Below, in pieces: positions 23,751 to 38,795 of a stretch of 64,000 bases of DNA (positions are counted from its first letter, which is position 1; the number at the start of each line of letters is the position of its first letter). The notes below the pieces were generated by a model that did not search any database, was not told where the DNA came from, and saw nothing but the letters and a program-made list of their open reading frames with translations. Origin of the DNA: the human T2T-CHM13v2.0 reference genome, Homo sapiens; assembly GCF_009914755.1 (NCBI RefSeq), contig NC_060940.1. One strand, 5' to 3'. The position numbers and the translations under genes are program-made.

Positions 23751-26289
23751 CTCACAATCACCAAGAAGCCGTTGTCATAGATTTCTAATAATGAACTGAA
23801 CAGAGAACATGTCAAGAAAAGATAAGAGGTTTATTTTATGATCAGCTGGCTTTTCAGAATCCTTCATGGTATGGAAGAGCCGTCAGGATGAACTGTGTCT
23901 CTCTCACCTAAGGAGCAAACTAAAACAGGTCTCCATAGATACAACATCTTGGTCCTGGAGGTCTTTCCTTTCTTAGGTTAAAAGAAAGGGGTGATGTGTA
24001 CAAGGCAACTGATGCAACAGAAGGAAGAGGGAATAAATGGCTGTGGCTTAGAAAAAATTCAGCTAACCTCCTCCATCCAGCAGGGAGAGCAGGCAGTGAG
24101 TGAGGCAGACAGAACTTGATCACAGCACTGTATCACAGAAATGCAAGAGAGAGCAGTTGTACGAAGAAAATTATTTTCTTAAAAGAGGACAAGACATGGA
24201 ATTAAAAATGCCTAGGACATCCACACCTAAGCTCTACCAGGTGCATGGATAAAACACAGTTTAACCAGCCCAGAGCTGTAGCAGAGATTCAACTCTTAAG
24301 GAGAAAAGTAAGACTATTGATGAAATTCTAAGATGGAGATTCCTAAATCTACTTTTACCCTATGAATTTGGAAAAGACAATCATTTTTCAGTTTAGTAGC
24401 AGATATATGTCAAGACTGAAGAATCAAGTGCTTTAGCTTCTTTATATTTTTACCACGGTGTATATTTACTATGTATATGTTACATTAAGTGTATATTTTA
24501 CGTTAAATACATAAACTTTATGTAATAAAAAAGGTCATTATAAAGAGGATACAGTAATAATCTCTGAACCTTTAGCACCTAAAAAACAGAACCAGAATAT
24601 ATAGATATGGACACAACCAAGATCAGAAAAAAATAAAAAAGCAAAAATCCCAGAGTACACATGATGCATAAAGGAGAACTATCAAAATATTAGAAAAAAA
24701 AGATGCAGACTCAAACAAGGGGTACAATAGTTGAGTCAAAGTTCTTCTTTCTTCTTCAGGGGCCAGGTAGTAAAGGCAATTTCACTGTCCCCTTAATTTT
24801 GACTCTAAACTCAGATGTGCTGACATATTATTGTCTCTTCTCCCAAGAGGGACATCAAACTAAGGTATCTTCCATTCAGTTTCAGGCAGACTCTGAATAT
24901 GATGGCCTCTGCATTTGTTTGAGAATAACATCTTGCTCTTCGATATTTAAAGGGGCTGGGGGTGAAGGTTGTATTGCAGGAACTTTTTTTTTCCCCAAAA
25001 AAAATGTATACTTTGACATTTAACAAAATTAACAAACATTAATTGCATGTAAAACCCACTTTGCTGAATTGCAGTGAGCCATTTAACCCTATGGACTAAC
25101 CCACCCAAGAGCTTACAGGAGGAGAAGCAGAGCTGGCAATTCTCAGACATTAAGACACTCAGCTGCCTACACTCAAGCTCCTTCGAGGTCAGAGAAAGCT
25201 ATGTTGCAGAAAAAGAACGTGAGTCCAAATTAGCAATTTGGCAGCATTCTTCAAAAAGAAAAATGTAACCTCAGGACTTTCCCAGTGCTCTCAATTCAGT
25301 CTGCCAGGACGTGTCAATGGATTGTAGTCTTATTTGTACCCAGGGCAAGGGACGTCACTCCCCACAGCTTCCCCTTTCCTTGCATATATATAAAAATTAA
25401 GGAAATTTTTTTTCCATCTTCAATTTTGTGTGTGGGGGGCTGGGGGGTGGGGCACGTCTCTCTCTGGCTAATTGCTGATTTTCTCTTAGCCCAAGGCTAT
25501 GACACTTTCTGTCACATCGCTTTCCTCACAAGCGGTTCCTCATCACAAAAATCATCTCTTCATACTGTCTTCTCCAAGATGCGAGGGAACTGTAGCAGTC
25601 CATTTCCACCTCCTCTCCCCATCGGGAGTGTGCTTCTAGGAAACAGGTGGCCTACAACTGCAGTTTTTCCTCTTTCATCTTCCAGTGGGATGGGCTATCC
25701 ATCCCATGAGGAAGGGCATGGGCCCTATCTGTCTTACTGACTGTTCTCTATTTAGGCCTGGATTATTCATAGATCCATATAAGATTCTCAGTAAAAGTTT
25801 GATGAATGAATAATGAGTGGTGAGGTGGGATGATTTATTATTTCTTTTTTCTAGGAAAAGTTTTCCCAAATGCAATGAGTTCCAAAGAAATCACATTTGG
25901 CCACCGGGGCCAGATTGCAAACAGATGTTAACAATGCATTCTCCGTGGGTCCTATAGTAATTTTCTTTTGGGTTGTGTACACCTCAAAGCACTGCAGCCC
26001 AATGCAGAAAGACCCACAGAACCAGGGCATGAGAGACCAACTTTGAGAAGAGCAGTCATCGGGATCCCCTTATCTCACTAAGAGCTTCTTCAGAAAAACA
26101 TAGGAGGGGATGAATTGTCCATCATGTAAAAGATGGAAACCACTGTTGTGTGTTGTCCTGCCTTCAATCATTGCTCTGTTAGAAAGTTTCCAACACTGAG
26201 CGTGAGGGGTTGAGGAAATGTTAGCGTATGATACCTCCACGATAGAATGCTGATATCACAAAGGAGTGCAAAACGGGATGAAGTTAAAT

Positions 26290-28419
<2,130 letters not shown>

Positions 28420-28420
<1 letters not shown>

Positions 28421-29035
28421 TAATAGGTTGAATAGTGCTTCTGCAAAAGTTTATGTCCACCTGGAACATCAGAATACAACCTTATTTGGAAATGAGGACT
28501 CTTTTTAATTTTTAAAAAATTGTTTAAAATTGTATTTTATTTTTACTTTTTACTGTTTTATTCTTTTTTCCTTTTTTTTTACCTTTTTGTTTTACACTTA
28601 TACTTTTTACTTTTGTTTTCTTTTTCCTGCTTTTTTTTTTAAAGGATTTTAGGAAATATAATCTTTGCAGGTATAATTATGGTAAGGACAGAGATAAGAT
28701 CACACTGGGCTAAGGTGGGCCCTACATCCAATGAGAGCATCCTTTTTAAAAGACAGTAACGGACAGAGGCACAGAAAAGGAGGTGACATGAAGATGGAGA
28801 GAGAGACTGAAGTGACGTATCTGCAAGAGAAGGAATGCCGAGGATTGCTAGCCACCACCAGAAGTTGGGAAAGAGGCCTGGGACACTTTATCCCTCTGAG
28901 CCCCCAGAGGGCTCCGATCTGGCAGACACCTTGATTTCTAATTTCTGGCCTCCACCAGTACTGTGATAAAATACATTTCCATGGTTTTAAGCCACCCAGT
29001 TTATGATACTAGTTACAGCAGGCCTAGGAAACACC
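28420..29035 (+). mobile_element. MLT1C LTR with a T-rich insert
   Basis: ggttgaatagt...ccttatttggaaat [insert] tctttgcagg...aagccacccagttt...ggcctaggaaac. Confidence 0.85.
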
Positions 29036-29493
29036 ATCTTAAATCACGAGCCAACATCGCACTTCCCTGTGAAACACCAAAAACATTCCCGTGAAATTCA
29101 GCGATAGGACAATAATTCCTGAAAGACTATTATAACTGAAAGTGTGGCTACTAAAGAGAAGGCGCAAGGCAACTTTGATTTCATTTAACTGGCCTGTAGG
29201 GTGCCTGAGATGATGCTCTGAAGACCAGGAGAGTGAGGGAAGGCTTATTAATGATTCAGCCACAGATTGAGGTGTTTCACATTGGTCACTGCATTTACTC
29301 CTGTTACTACTCCTCCTGCACGTGAAGAAAAGAAGGCTCAAGAACTTGCTCCTGGCAGGGCTGGCAGGCTGCTGGGAGGTTAGATAGGATTGAGCACAAA
29401 GCTGCCTGACGCCAATGCCTTGGTGTTCCCACTACCCCAAGATCCCTCCCTGGCCTAAGTTTGATGCTTCTTTCCAGGCTTCCTATTAATCAC

Positions 29494-29840
29494 TGTATTA
29501 ATCCATTCTCATGTTACTATGAAGAAATACCCAAGACTGGATAATTTGTACAGAAAAGAGGTTTAGTTGACTCACAGTTCCACATGGCTGGGGAGACCTC
29601 AAGAAACTTACAATCATGGTGGAAGGCACCTCTTCAGTGAGCCGCAAGAGAGAGAATGAGAGCCAGGAGGGGAAATGCCAGATGCTTATAAAACCATCAG
29701 ATCTCATGAGAACTAACATGAGAACAGCTTGGGGGAAAACACACCCACAATTCAATCACCTCCCACTGGGTCTCTCCCGTGACATGTGGGGATTACAATT
29801 CAAGAAGAGATTTGGGTGGGGACACAACCAAACCATGCCA
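29494..29840 (-). mobile_element. THE1D-like solo LTR
   Basis: tgtattaatccattctc...gatttgggtggggacacaaccaaaccatgcca; TSD atcac/atgac. Confidence 0.9.
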
Positions 29841-30130
29841 ATGACCATGTACTTCCCATTCACACCTGTAACTGTAAATTCCTTCAGAACAGGGAACCTG
29901 CTTTCATCTCTATACCTACACTATCACAATGAATTCATTTTATACAGAATGAATGAAAGATTGCCTGGAAGAAGGAAGGAAGAAAGGGAAAGGAAAGTAG
30001 GGAAAGAAGGAAGGAGGGAAGAAGACAGAGAATTTGGGTTGAACACAATGTAAACTCACACTTCCCATAAAGAACAGCTCCTTTTCCTCCCAGGCTGATG
30101 GCTTTTTCCTCGTGATCTATGAACATGCCC

Positions 30131-30608
30131 TGTGCTAGGCTGGAAAATGATCCGCAAAGATGTCCACATCCTAATCCTGGGAAACTGTGGATATCTTACC
30201 TTACATGGCAGAAGGGACTTTGCAGATGTGATTAAGTTAAAAACCTTGAGATCAGGGGACTATATTAGATTATTTGGGCAGGCTCAATATTGTCACAATC
30301 ACCTTCATAAGAGAGAGGTAAAGGGAGATTTGATTACACAGAAAAAGAGAAGGTTATGTGACCACAGAGGCAGCAATTAGAGTGATGTGGTCACAAGCCA
30401 AAAAATGCTGCCCACCAGAAGATGGAAGGGGCCAGGACCATGTCCTCCCCAAGAGCCTCCAGAGGGAGCTTGGTGCTACTGACACTGCAATTTCAGCCTG
30501 TGATACAGATTTCAAATGTCTGACCTTCAGATCTGAAGAGAATCAGGTGTGTTGTATTAAGCCATTGAGACTGTGGTAATTTACTACAGTAGCCATAAGA
30601 CTCTAACA
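30131..30608 (+). mobile_element. MLT1D solo LTR
   Basis: gatgtccacatcctaatcc...gggactttgcagatgtgattaag; TSD tgccc/caccc (consistent with CpG decay). Confidence 0.88.
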
Positions 30609-30739
30609 CACCCTAAGCAGTCGGAAAAGCACCAATTCCTAGTTAAACAGAGCCCTGGGTGCAGACTGAACTCAAGGCCATCAGAAATTGTACAGACATA
30701 GTAACAATAAATGTTAATAGGTAAGGAGAGAGAGAAGGG

Positions 30740-31185
30740 GGGAATTGAGTGATACTTTTTATACTTTACAAAGCTATTTAATATATATTACCATTTAATT
30801 TAACCCTTCATGAACCCTAAGGTTGGTAAAGTAGTTCCTTTAATCTCTCCAATTAAAATTTGATTTTGACTACAAAATCTCCACAGTTTACAAATGAAAT
30901 AGCAGAGGTTCTGGGAAGTAATTCACTCAAGAAGAATAAAGACTTGATATTTATTGAATACTTACTATAGGCCAAGTATTTACTCTTTCTAGACAGCATG
31001 TACTGTAATCCTTAGAACAACCCTCTGTTCAGGTAATTACTGTGATAAACTCCATCTTCCATTCTAGTAAAGTGAGGCTGGAAAATTAAGTTACTTGCTT
31101 GAAATCACATAGCTGGTAACAGACAGGGGCAGGACTACAAGTTCGAGTCTTCTGGGTATAGAGTCTAACTTCCTAACCACTAAGT
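30740..31185 (-). mobile_element. MIR fragments
   Basis: tttattgaatacttactataggcc...gtgaggctggaaaattaagttacttgc. Confidence 0.7.
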
Positions 31186-31289
31186 CAGATTTACACAGAA
31201 CTGAACAGGGGCCAGGGGTGAGTCACAAAGCTGATTCTAACCTGTTGGTACTAGTCTTGAAGCAACAGCCCCTCCTCGAAGCAAAAAAT

Positions 31290-31505
31290 ATCAGACAAGC
31301 ATCAGTCTGAAGTCTTGAATCCCCCTTCTTCTACTTCTTGTGTTAAGTATGAACAAGTTATTTAGCTCTTCTGAGCTACCTTTCTTTAATCTATAAGACA
31401 GAGATAAAACTTCTGCTACAGGGTTACCATAAAGATTAAATGAAAATGCATCAAAAAGGCATTTAACATAGTACCTGGCATACAGTAGGTGCTTGATAAA
31501 TGTTA
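31290..31505 (+). mobile_element. MIR
   Basis: aagttatttagctcttctgag...tagtacctggcatacagtaggtgc. Confidence 0.75.
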
Positions 31506-32354
31506 GGTTTTTTTCTTTTCTGGAAATATTGACATATCACGGGCATGACTCAGAGATGAAGAGTACATGTGGTCAATTAGGTTATTCATATTCTCCTAAC
31601 TGTGGCAAAATTATGGATTTAAAAATCTCTTTGTGGATCAATTTCTCTACGACTATTGAATTACAGAGAGGCCACTCACATACTGAAGCAAAAGGGAACA
31701 AAGAATGTGGTGGGTGGGAGTTTTTTTTTTAATTGGCCCACAAGGAAGAATCACTGAGATGCTGGAAATGTTTCATCACCCTTTTCTCTCTGTTTATAAA
31801 GACAGTTGTGGCCAAATGGTCTAAACCCATATGTACCAATGGGGAAATTTAAGCTTTATGTACCAAGAGTGGTTGATTTCACAGATTGTTTAATGCCCAG
31901 ACAGTTTTTAATTTAATATTTTCCCAGAGGTCTTTGAAAGTATTGGGTGTGTTTTGAAAAGTCAAATAAATATTTGTCACTTTAAATAAGGCCATCATTT
32001 TTTGTTTGTTTGTGGTTTTTCTTCCTCTCTCAAACACAAATCAAGTGAAATACAAGGTGTGAGCCAAGCGCCAAGGAGCTTATTAAAAATGAGTCCAAAT
32101 GAATTTGCTGGCAAATGCTGGGGGTATGGAAATGAGGCAACACCGAAGAATCCCTGAGTGGGCTGGAGAAGGAATGCTGTGCCTGCCGCCCTTTGTGGTA
32201 AGCTAGGACCAGAAACCTGAGTAGCCGAGAATTAGCCCAGAGAGATGTACAGAGGCAGGCATGGGCCAGGGAAGAGGCACCTCAAAGGCCAAAGGCCAGG
32301 GAGCACAGAAGGCTGAATGCCTGGAAATCATGAGCTACATACAGCTGCCCCCAC

Positions 32355-32430
32355 CTCCAACACACCCACACACACATTCACATACATGCACACACATATA
32401 TACACACACATACACACACACATGCACACT
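32355..32430. repeat. Degenerate (CA)n
   Basis: Direct reading. Confidence 0.85.
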
Positions 32431-32631
32431 CTGAGTCAGTTATTTCATAGCCAGAGCATACTCAGTTAAGGATATCCAATTAAGACTAACTTCACAGCAA
32501 GATCCCATCCTAGAGGAAGGGACAATAAACTTAGAATATTTTTACATGCCCCAATCACTGAGTTCCAACAACCCTTAACATTAGAAAAACAGTTAAAACA
32601 CTTCTGTCACTTCTTAAGCACACATATGCTG

Positions 32632-32664
32632 AAAATATATATGTATATATATTTATACATAAAT

Positions 32665-32696
<32 letters not shown>

Positions 32697-32697
32697 G
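32632..32697. repeat. (TA)/(CA) compound microsatellite
   Basis: Direct reading. Confidence 0.85.
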
Positions 32698-32993
32698 AAT
32701 GGATCAAAAAGGTATTCAGCTCAGTATCTGGCACACAGTAGGTGCTCCATAAATGTTTGTTTCTTTCTTTTCTGGAAATATTGATATATCAGGGGTATAA
32801 CTCAGAGATGAAGAATATATTTAGTCAATTATGCTATTCATATTCTCCCAACTGTGACAGAATTATAATCATATAAAATTATATTCACTTCCTAGAGGAG
32901 GGGAACTTGCTGTGAAGTTAGTCTTAACCAGATAGCCTAAACTGAGTATCTGAATGTGCTCCAACTATCCGATAACTGACTCAGAGTGAGTAA

Positions 32994-32997
<4 letters not shown>

Positions 32998-33039
<42 letters not shown>

Positions 33040-33280
33040 GAGGTATGGCAGCTACCTCTTGCACATAATATTTGTGTGTACATATGTATATATGTGTGTG
33101 TATATATATGTGTATATATACACACATATATGTGCGTATATATGTGTATATATACGCACATATATGTGTGTATGTGTATATATACGCACATATATGTGCG
33201 TGTATGTGTGTATATACACACGTATGTGTGTATATACAGACGTATGTGTATATGTGCATATATATATATGGAGAGAGAGA
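32998..33280. repeat. (TG)n plus a purine-pyrimidine alternating minisatellite
   Basis: ~19 TG units, then ~30-bp tgtgtatatatacgcacatatatg units. Confidence 0.9.
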
Positions 33281-33499
33281 ACAGATATCTCTCTATGCGT
33301 GTATCTATCAGTCTAGAGAGAATAAGAGAGACTAGATGACCCTTTGTAGACCCTGGGGTAAAATGATGAGGAAAAATTGGCATAGTCCTACCACATTAAA
33401 CTCAGTGTCTCAGGAGTCCTCCCTGTCCATTTGGGTTCTCGCCACATTAATTCAAAACGTGAACATTCCTCATGAACCAACCCCATCTCCCTCCCATCA

Positions 33500-34200
33500 G
33501 TGCACTGCCTCCCCCTTCTCCCTGCACGCTCCAGCCTCAGAAAGTGTAACCCTGATCACATCACTCCACTTAGAAATCCATGATTCCCCGTTGCCTACAA
33601 AGTCCCAGCTCCTTAGTAGAATGCAGAAGGGAGGGTTGGCACCAATTTTTATTGTTTCCCTCCAGCCTCATCTTTAAGCTCCACCCCTGCTTTAACTTTA
33701 TGTTCCAGAAACTCCAATAGACGCTACTGTCCCCAGGTCACTATGTTGGAGAGCATATGCTTGTCTTGATGCTTCTGCTCAGCATTTTAAGTGAGACTGG
33801 CTTGTGATGTCTACCCAGATTTCTACCTATTTCATAGGCTTCTGTCTGATTGGTCCTACATATTAGACACCATTAAAATGATCTTTTAGATTACTCCACA
33901 TTGGAAATTTCCAAAATGCAGTCTACATGTGGCAAAGTGTATTCTTGAGTTTGGCTGTATACTTACTCAGACCTAACCTGTGACAGGTTCTGTGTTTGCT
34001 TTGGGGGCCACAGAGATGAGTAATTATCCTGGATTCTATCTAGTTCAGGGGACATAGATAAGAAAATAGAGACAGAGCAATGTGATGTATTAAACAAGAG
34101 AACACTACAGGATTCAACTAAAATTAAGTGTTCATGGGAATGAGTGGTTGCTTTTGACTCAGGGGTAAGACAATTCCCATAGAATACCTGATTCCTGGGT
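33500..34200. mobile_element. L2 fragments (both orientations)
   Basis: cctgatcacatcactccacttagaaatcc...; tgtgacaggttctgtgtttgctttgggg. Confidence 0.5.
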
Positions 34201-34215
34201 AAGATTTCAGTAGAT

Positions 34216-34662
34216 TGTGGTACACAGAATAAAAGCCCCCAAAGATGCCCACTGCCTAGTCCCAGAATCTATGAACAGCCCTGCTAGGCAAAAGGGACTT
34301 TGCAGATGTGATTAAGAAGATTGAGATGGGGAGATTATCCTGGATTTCTGGGTGGGCCCAATGTAAGCACAAGGGACCTTATAAGAGGAAGACAAGAGAG
34401 TGAGTGTAAGAGATAAAGATTTGAAGATGCTGTGAGGATGACTTTCAAGATAAAGAAGGGACCAGGAGCCAAGGATTCAGGCAGCTGAAATTCAGAGACT
34501 GAAAAAGGCAAGGAAAGACATTCTCCCCTAGAGCCTCCAGAAGGAGGACAGCCAACACCTTGATTTTAGACCCATTTTGGGGTCCTGACCTCCAGAATTG
34601 TAAGAAAATAAATGTGTGTTGTTTTAAGCCACTAAGTTTAGTATCAATAGGAAACTAACATA
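34216..34662 (+). mobile_element. MLT1D solo LTR
   Basis: tgtggtacacagaat...ggagattatcctgga...ggaaactaaca. Confidence 0.88.
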
Positions 34663-34729
34663 CACACACACAGGGGTTTACCAGGAATTCACTAGAAGAA
34701 CAACACATGCAAAGACAAATGTCCTAGAC

Positions 34730-34980
34730 CACTGTATGGTGTAAGAAAAGCTCAGCAGGGTCATCGGGGAGTCCTCAAACCAAAGACACCTGTAGGGGGA
34801 ACTCTTGTGTCTCTCTGGACCGGGCCTGTCTTGCTCTGTCATTGGCTGGGAGCTGCCTGCAGGAAGAGTGGCCCGGGCACAACCACTGTCATGGCTTCAC
34901 AGTACAGCAGCTGGGCCCTGATCCATCTTCCTCCCTGGAGTTAGGGGCTTCAGGACAGTCTGACCTTCGCCACTGCCATC
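34730..34980 (-). mobile_element. LTR16-like (ERVL) fragment
   Basis: gtcattggctgggagctgcc...cagcagctgggccctg. Confidence 0.55.
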
Positions 34981-35266
34981 GTGCCTGTTAGAAACCACAG
35001 CCCCTGCCCCCAACCAGCCCAAGGTTAACCCACCTTCCGCAAAGGCTCTCAGGATACTGGGTTGAGGCAGCTGTACCTCTCTTCTCTGTTAATGCACCTG
35101 GGATGGAGAGATGGTCACTCCTGTTCCCGCTAAGACTATGATCCTCCTCTCCTTTTCCATCTTGTTTTTGTCTTATTCATACCTGGCAGGTGAGTCCTGG
35201 TGGCCCATTCAGTTTGAGGGAAAGAACCACCTTTTAGTTCCCTCTTAAGAACTAGGAATTAGCCTC

Positions 35267-35373
35267 TTTTTTAAAGTTGGTATATCTCACTGTGTTACCC
35301 AAACTGGACTTGAACTCCTGGGCTCAAGTGATCCCAGTAGCTGAGACTACAAGTGCATACTACTGTACCCAGC
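35267..35373 (-). mobile_element. FLAM monomer with internal deletion
   Basis: ctcactgtgttaccc...gaactcctgggctcaagtgatcc; TSD aggaattag at 35254 and 35374. Confidence 0.82.
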
Positions 35374-36889
35374 AGGAATTAGTCAGTAATTAGATTAAAA
35401 CATTCTGCTTTGTGGTTCATTTCAGTCTTCCCCAGATTTTTAAAACTGGAACTCCTGAGGCCCTCTCTCTTCAAGAGACTCATCCTGCCCTCAGTGCAGA
35501 AATAAAACACCCAGCACCAGTATCAGAGAGGACTTGGAACTCAGTTATTGAACTGTGCACCTGTTGGTTTTGAGCTGCTCTAATCTTTGCTTCTGGTAAC
35601 TGGACACTTCCTTGCTGCAGGAAACCCATTCTATGGGGTCTAGGTGAGTGGGATTGAGTCATAGTGCCCCAAAAAGAAAGAATGGAGCAGGTGATTCTGC
35701 CTGACCAATCATTTTAGAAGAGATACATTTGGGATAGTCCAGAAACTGAAACCACATCCATAGGATGCTACAACCCCATATTACACAAAAGATATGTAAA
35801 AAACATAGCACAAAGTAAACACTCACCAGTTGTCATTTCCTTCTCATAACTGTATCCATCCTCTCTTTTATGTGGTCAGGTCTCCTGATGTAGATGCCTA
35901 CCCAATCTACCTTGGAAATCTACCTAGCACCTTCCAGATTCAATTCACTAGGCCAGAATCACCCTATATTTTTCCCATCATTTGGACAGAGCACTCTGGT
36001 CTACTTGGCTGAACTTTCCTGGGCCAGTTTTGAGGCCATCCAATTCTTGACTGAACCAGACACTGACTCTGGCCTCCTTCTCCTCCTTCTCTTCCTCCTC
36101 TTTCTCTTCCTCTTCCTCCTCCTACTCAGGTTCCCTAGAGATCCCAGTAGGCCAGCTTCCCTCACCTACAATGAAACTGTCTGCACCATAAAATGCTAAA
36201 TGCAGAATCCACTCAGCACCTTGAGCATGGTTTATCCAGTGCAAACAGCAAAAGCAGCCTTAAGGCAGAATTTGCCATTCAAGCTGTGTTTAGGAAACTC
36301 CACCTTCATGGCATCTGCCCTGCACCAGCAGCAGTTGACCAGCCCCCACCTACATGGGGAGAGAAGACAAAAGGCCTTGGAGATAGCACTATTATGTGTG
36401 GAAAAGAAAAAACTGCTGAAATTAGTTATGAAAGACTCAAATATTTCCTGCTGTTAAGTCCAAGGCATGCATATGTGCAGCGAGAATAAAGTTATTAAGA
36501 ACATTTTTTCACTGTTTATATATGACTTACCTACCGTCTGGTTTGGCTCTTTACAGAGAAATGGGAGAAAGAACCAATTATGTCCTTTTGAGGTGGGGGT
36601 GGGGGCAAGAAATGCGGCCATGGGTTAAAAACCACATCTGCCATTGATGCTAAAGAAGTCTGGGCTGGAGGTCTCCAGGCATGTCTGATGTGGCTGTGGC
36701 TTCTGTCTGTCTACAAGAGGAAGAGAGCATTCAACAATGTTTCTTGAGGGTGACTTAGTGACAGCAAGGACATCCAGCCTCTATGTGATCTGCTTATCAA
36801 GAATTTGTTCTTCCTTGAATGAAATGACCTCAATCCATCAGTTTCTGAGAGGTGGGATTTTGGTAGAGTTCTACGCTTATCATCGGACC

Positions 36890-37085
36890 AATGTTTGAGT
36901 TGTCTGAGTCTCAACTCTGCCCTGTGTTCGCTAAGTCTGCTTTTCCCTCCTAGGCAATTTTCCTAACCTCTCTGAATCCTCAGATCCCCAGCTGTGAAGT
37001 GGAAAGCAATAATACCTAGGTCCTTGTGAGGTTCGTGACCCTGGTTCACTGTGGGAGCTCTGGGAATGTCAGCAGTGATGGTTGT
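36890..37085 (+). mobile_element. MIR
   Basis: ctaacctctctgaatcctcag...aataatacct. Confidence 0.65.
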
Positions 37086-38244
37086 AAAGATGGAGAAGAC
37101 AGGGGCAGTTCCTCATAACCGTGCTTCCCTTCGCTCGGCTTGCACAGGAGAGTTTAGTAAAATTGTCCCTGGTTAAGCCTGTAGAATAAAGGCCACCCAG
37201 ACCCAAGAGGAGGCACCAGAAAGCCATTTGGTGTCAGGGAAGATGATGAGAAGTATCAATTTCCTCAGCAATGCTAACAAGCAGGAACATGAGACCCTGT
37301 GGACAGCTGATGGCTCTCCTTAGTGCGATCAGCAGGCAGAAGTTCAGCCACTGGATAGCAAGGCTTGCAAATGCTCCTCTCTCAGGACTGCAGAATCAGA
37401 TGGGAAATCTTTGGAGAGGAGAATCTCAAGAGACCTGGGGCTCTTCCTATTTTGAATGAGGCCAGAATTACCCCAGGCAGAGCTGCCTTCTAGCAGGATG
37501 TTCCCCCAAGCTGGCCACAAGTGGGGATTAGAAGCAGACACCAAAGGCAAGTACAACCAACAGGGGAGAAGTTGGATGAACTCCTTAAAAGTTCAAACAT
37601 TTAATTTTGTCCTGATTTTGTTCAAGGCTGAGGGATCATTTCTTATTTTACCCAAATCAGTTCAGCAACCTCTAGAGAGAAGACAAGGGTGCTGCTATAG
37701 TATTTCCAATGCCCTTGGCTAAATCAATGTCTTTACTCTGCCCTGAAACACCTAAAATGTCACTGGAAGTTAGAACCTTAAGTAGCTTAAAATAAGAGTA
37801 TTACCATTTCAGTTTTCAACAATAAATACATGAAATGGGAGGTTTCAGTATTATGTGATACTCGTGTCAGCAGGTCTGACAACAGGTTTCGTTGTTTTAG
37901 GGAAAGACTGGATTTGATTTGATGCAGAAGTTTTCTTCTGCATTGTTTTGACAGAACAGTTCCATCTCAAATTGCTTCACGGTTGTGTGCACATCACACT
38001 GGTCTCTGGCACCTGCTCGGGGACACTCATGGGTAGTCATAGCCAAAATTTCTTTCTGAAGGTGCTTTCTGATATCACCTAAAACAATGGAAGAAGTTGG
38101 AAAGGGCTCCCAAGCTCTCAGAAGGCATTTCATAACGGACAGAGTCCATTTAAAGCTTCTGAGGACGTCACATTTGAGTGGACATATGACGACATAAGTG
38201 GAGAATGGACATTAACTAAGCAAAGGAGAGGCATGCATCCCAGC

Positions 38245-38595
38245 TGTATTAGTCAGTTCTCATGCTGCTAATGAAGACATATACTGGGTAATTCACAAGG
38301 AAAAAGGTTTAGAGGAGTCACAGTTCCACGTGAATGGAAAGGCCTCACAATCACGGTGGAAGACGAAGGAAGAGCAAAGGGACATCTTACATGGTAGCAG
38401 GCAAAAAAAGCTTGTCCAGGGAAACTCCCATTTTTAAAACCATTAGATCTCGTGAGACTACCACAAGAACAGTACAGGAAAGACCCACTCCCATGATCCA
38501 ATTACTTCCCACCAAGTTTCTCCCATGACACGTGGGAATTATGGGAGCTACAATTCAAGATGAGGTTTGGGTGGGGACAGAGCAAAACCATATTA
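38245..38595 (-). mobile_element. THE1C-like solo LTR
   Basis: tgtattagtcagttctcatgctgct...caaaaccatatta; perfect TSD ccagc. Confidence 0.92.
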
Positions 38596-38631
38596 CCAGC
38601 AAAGAGCATATTTAAGAACCCAGTAGGAGGA

Positions 38632-38795
38632 CTGGTGTGGTGCTGCAGTCAGCTTGCAATGGCTCACCAGAGCCAATCATATTCAACTCTTATCAACTCT
38701 GTGATCGATGTCATCACGTTTGTAGCTGGAAATTGACATTGGTGTGAGTATTTACACCACAAAAATTGACAAATGCTACAAATCAGGACTTTCTT
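38632..38795 (+). mobile_element. MER63A fragment
   Basis: gagtatttacaccac...aaatgctacaaatcagg. Confidence 0.75.

Noticed and set aside
32937-33383. Cys/Val/Tyr- and His/Thr-rich ORFs
   Set aside because: Dinucleotide-repeat translations.
35894-36489. Adjacent ~100-aa ORFs in mostly unique sequence
   Set aside because: No recognisable domain; the hydrophobic stretch comes from a (CCT/CTT) repeat; lengths are within chance expectation.
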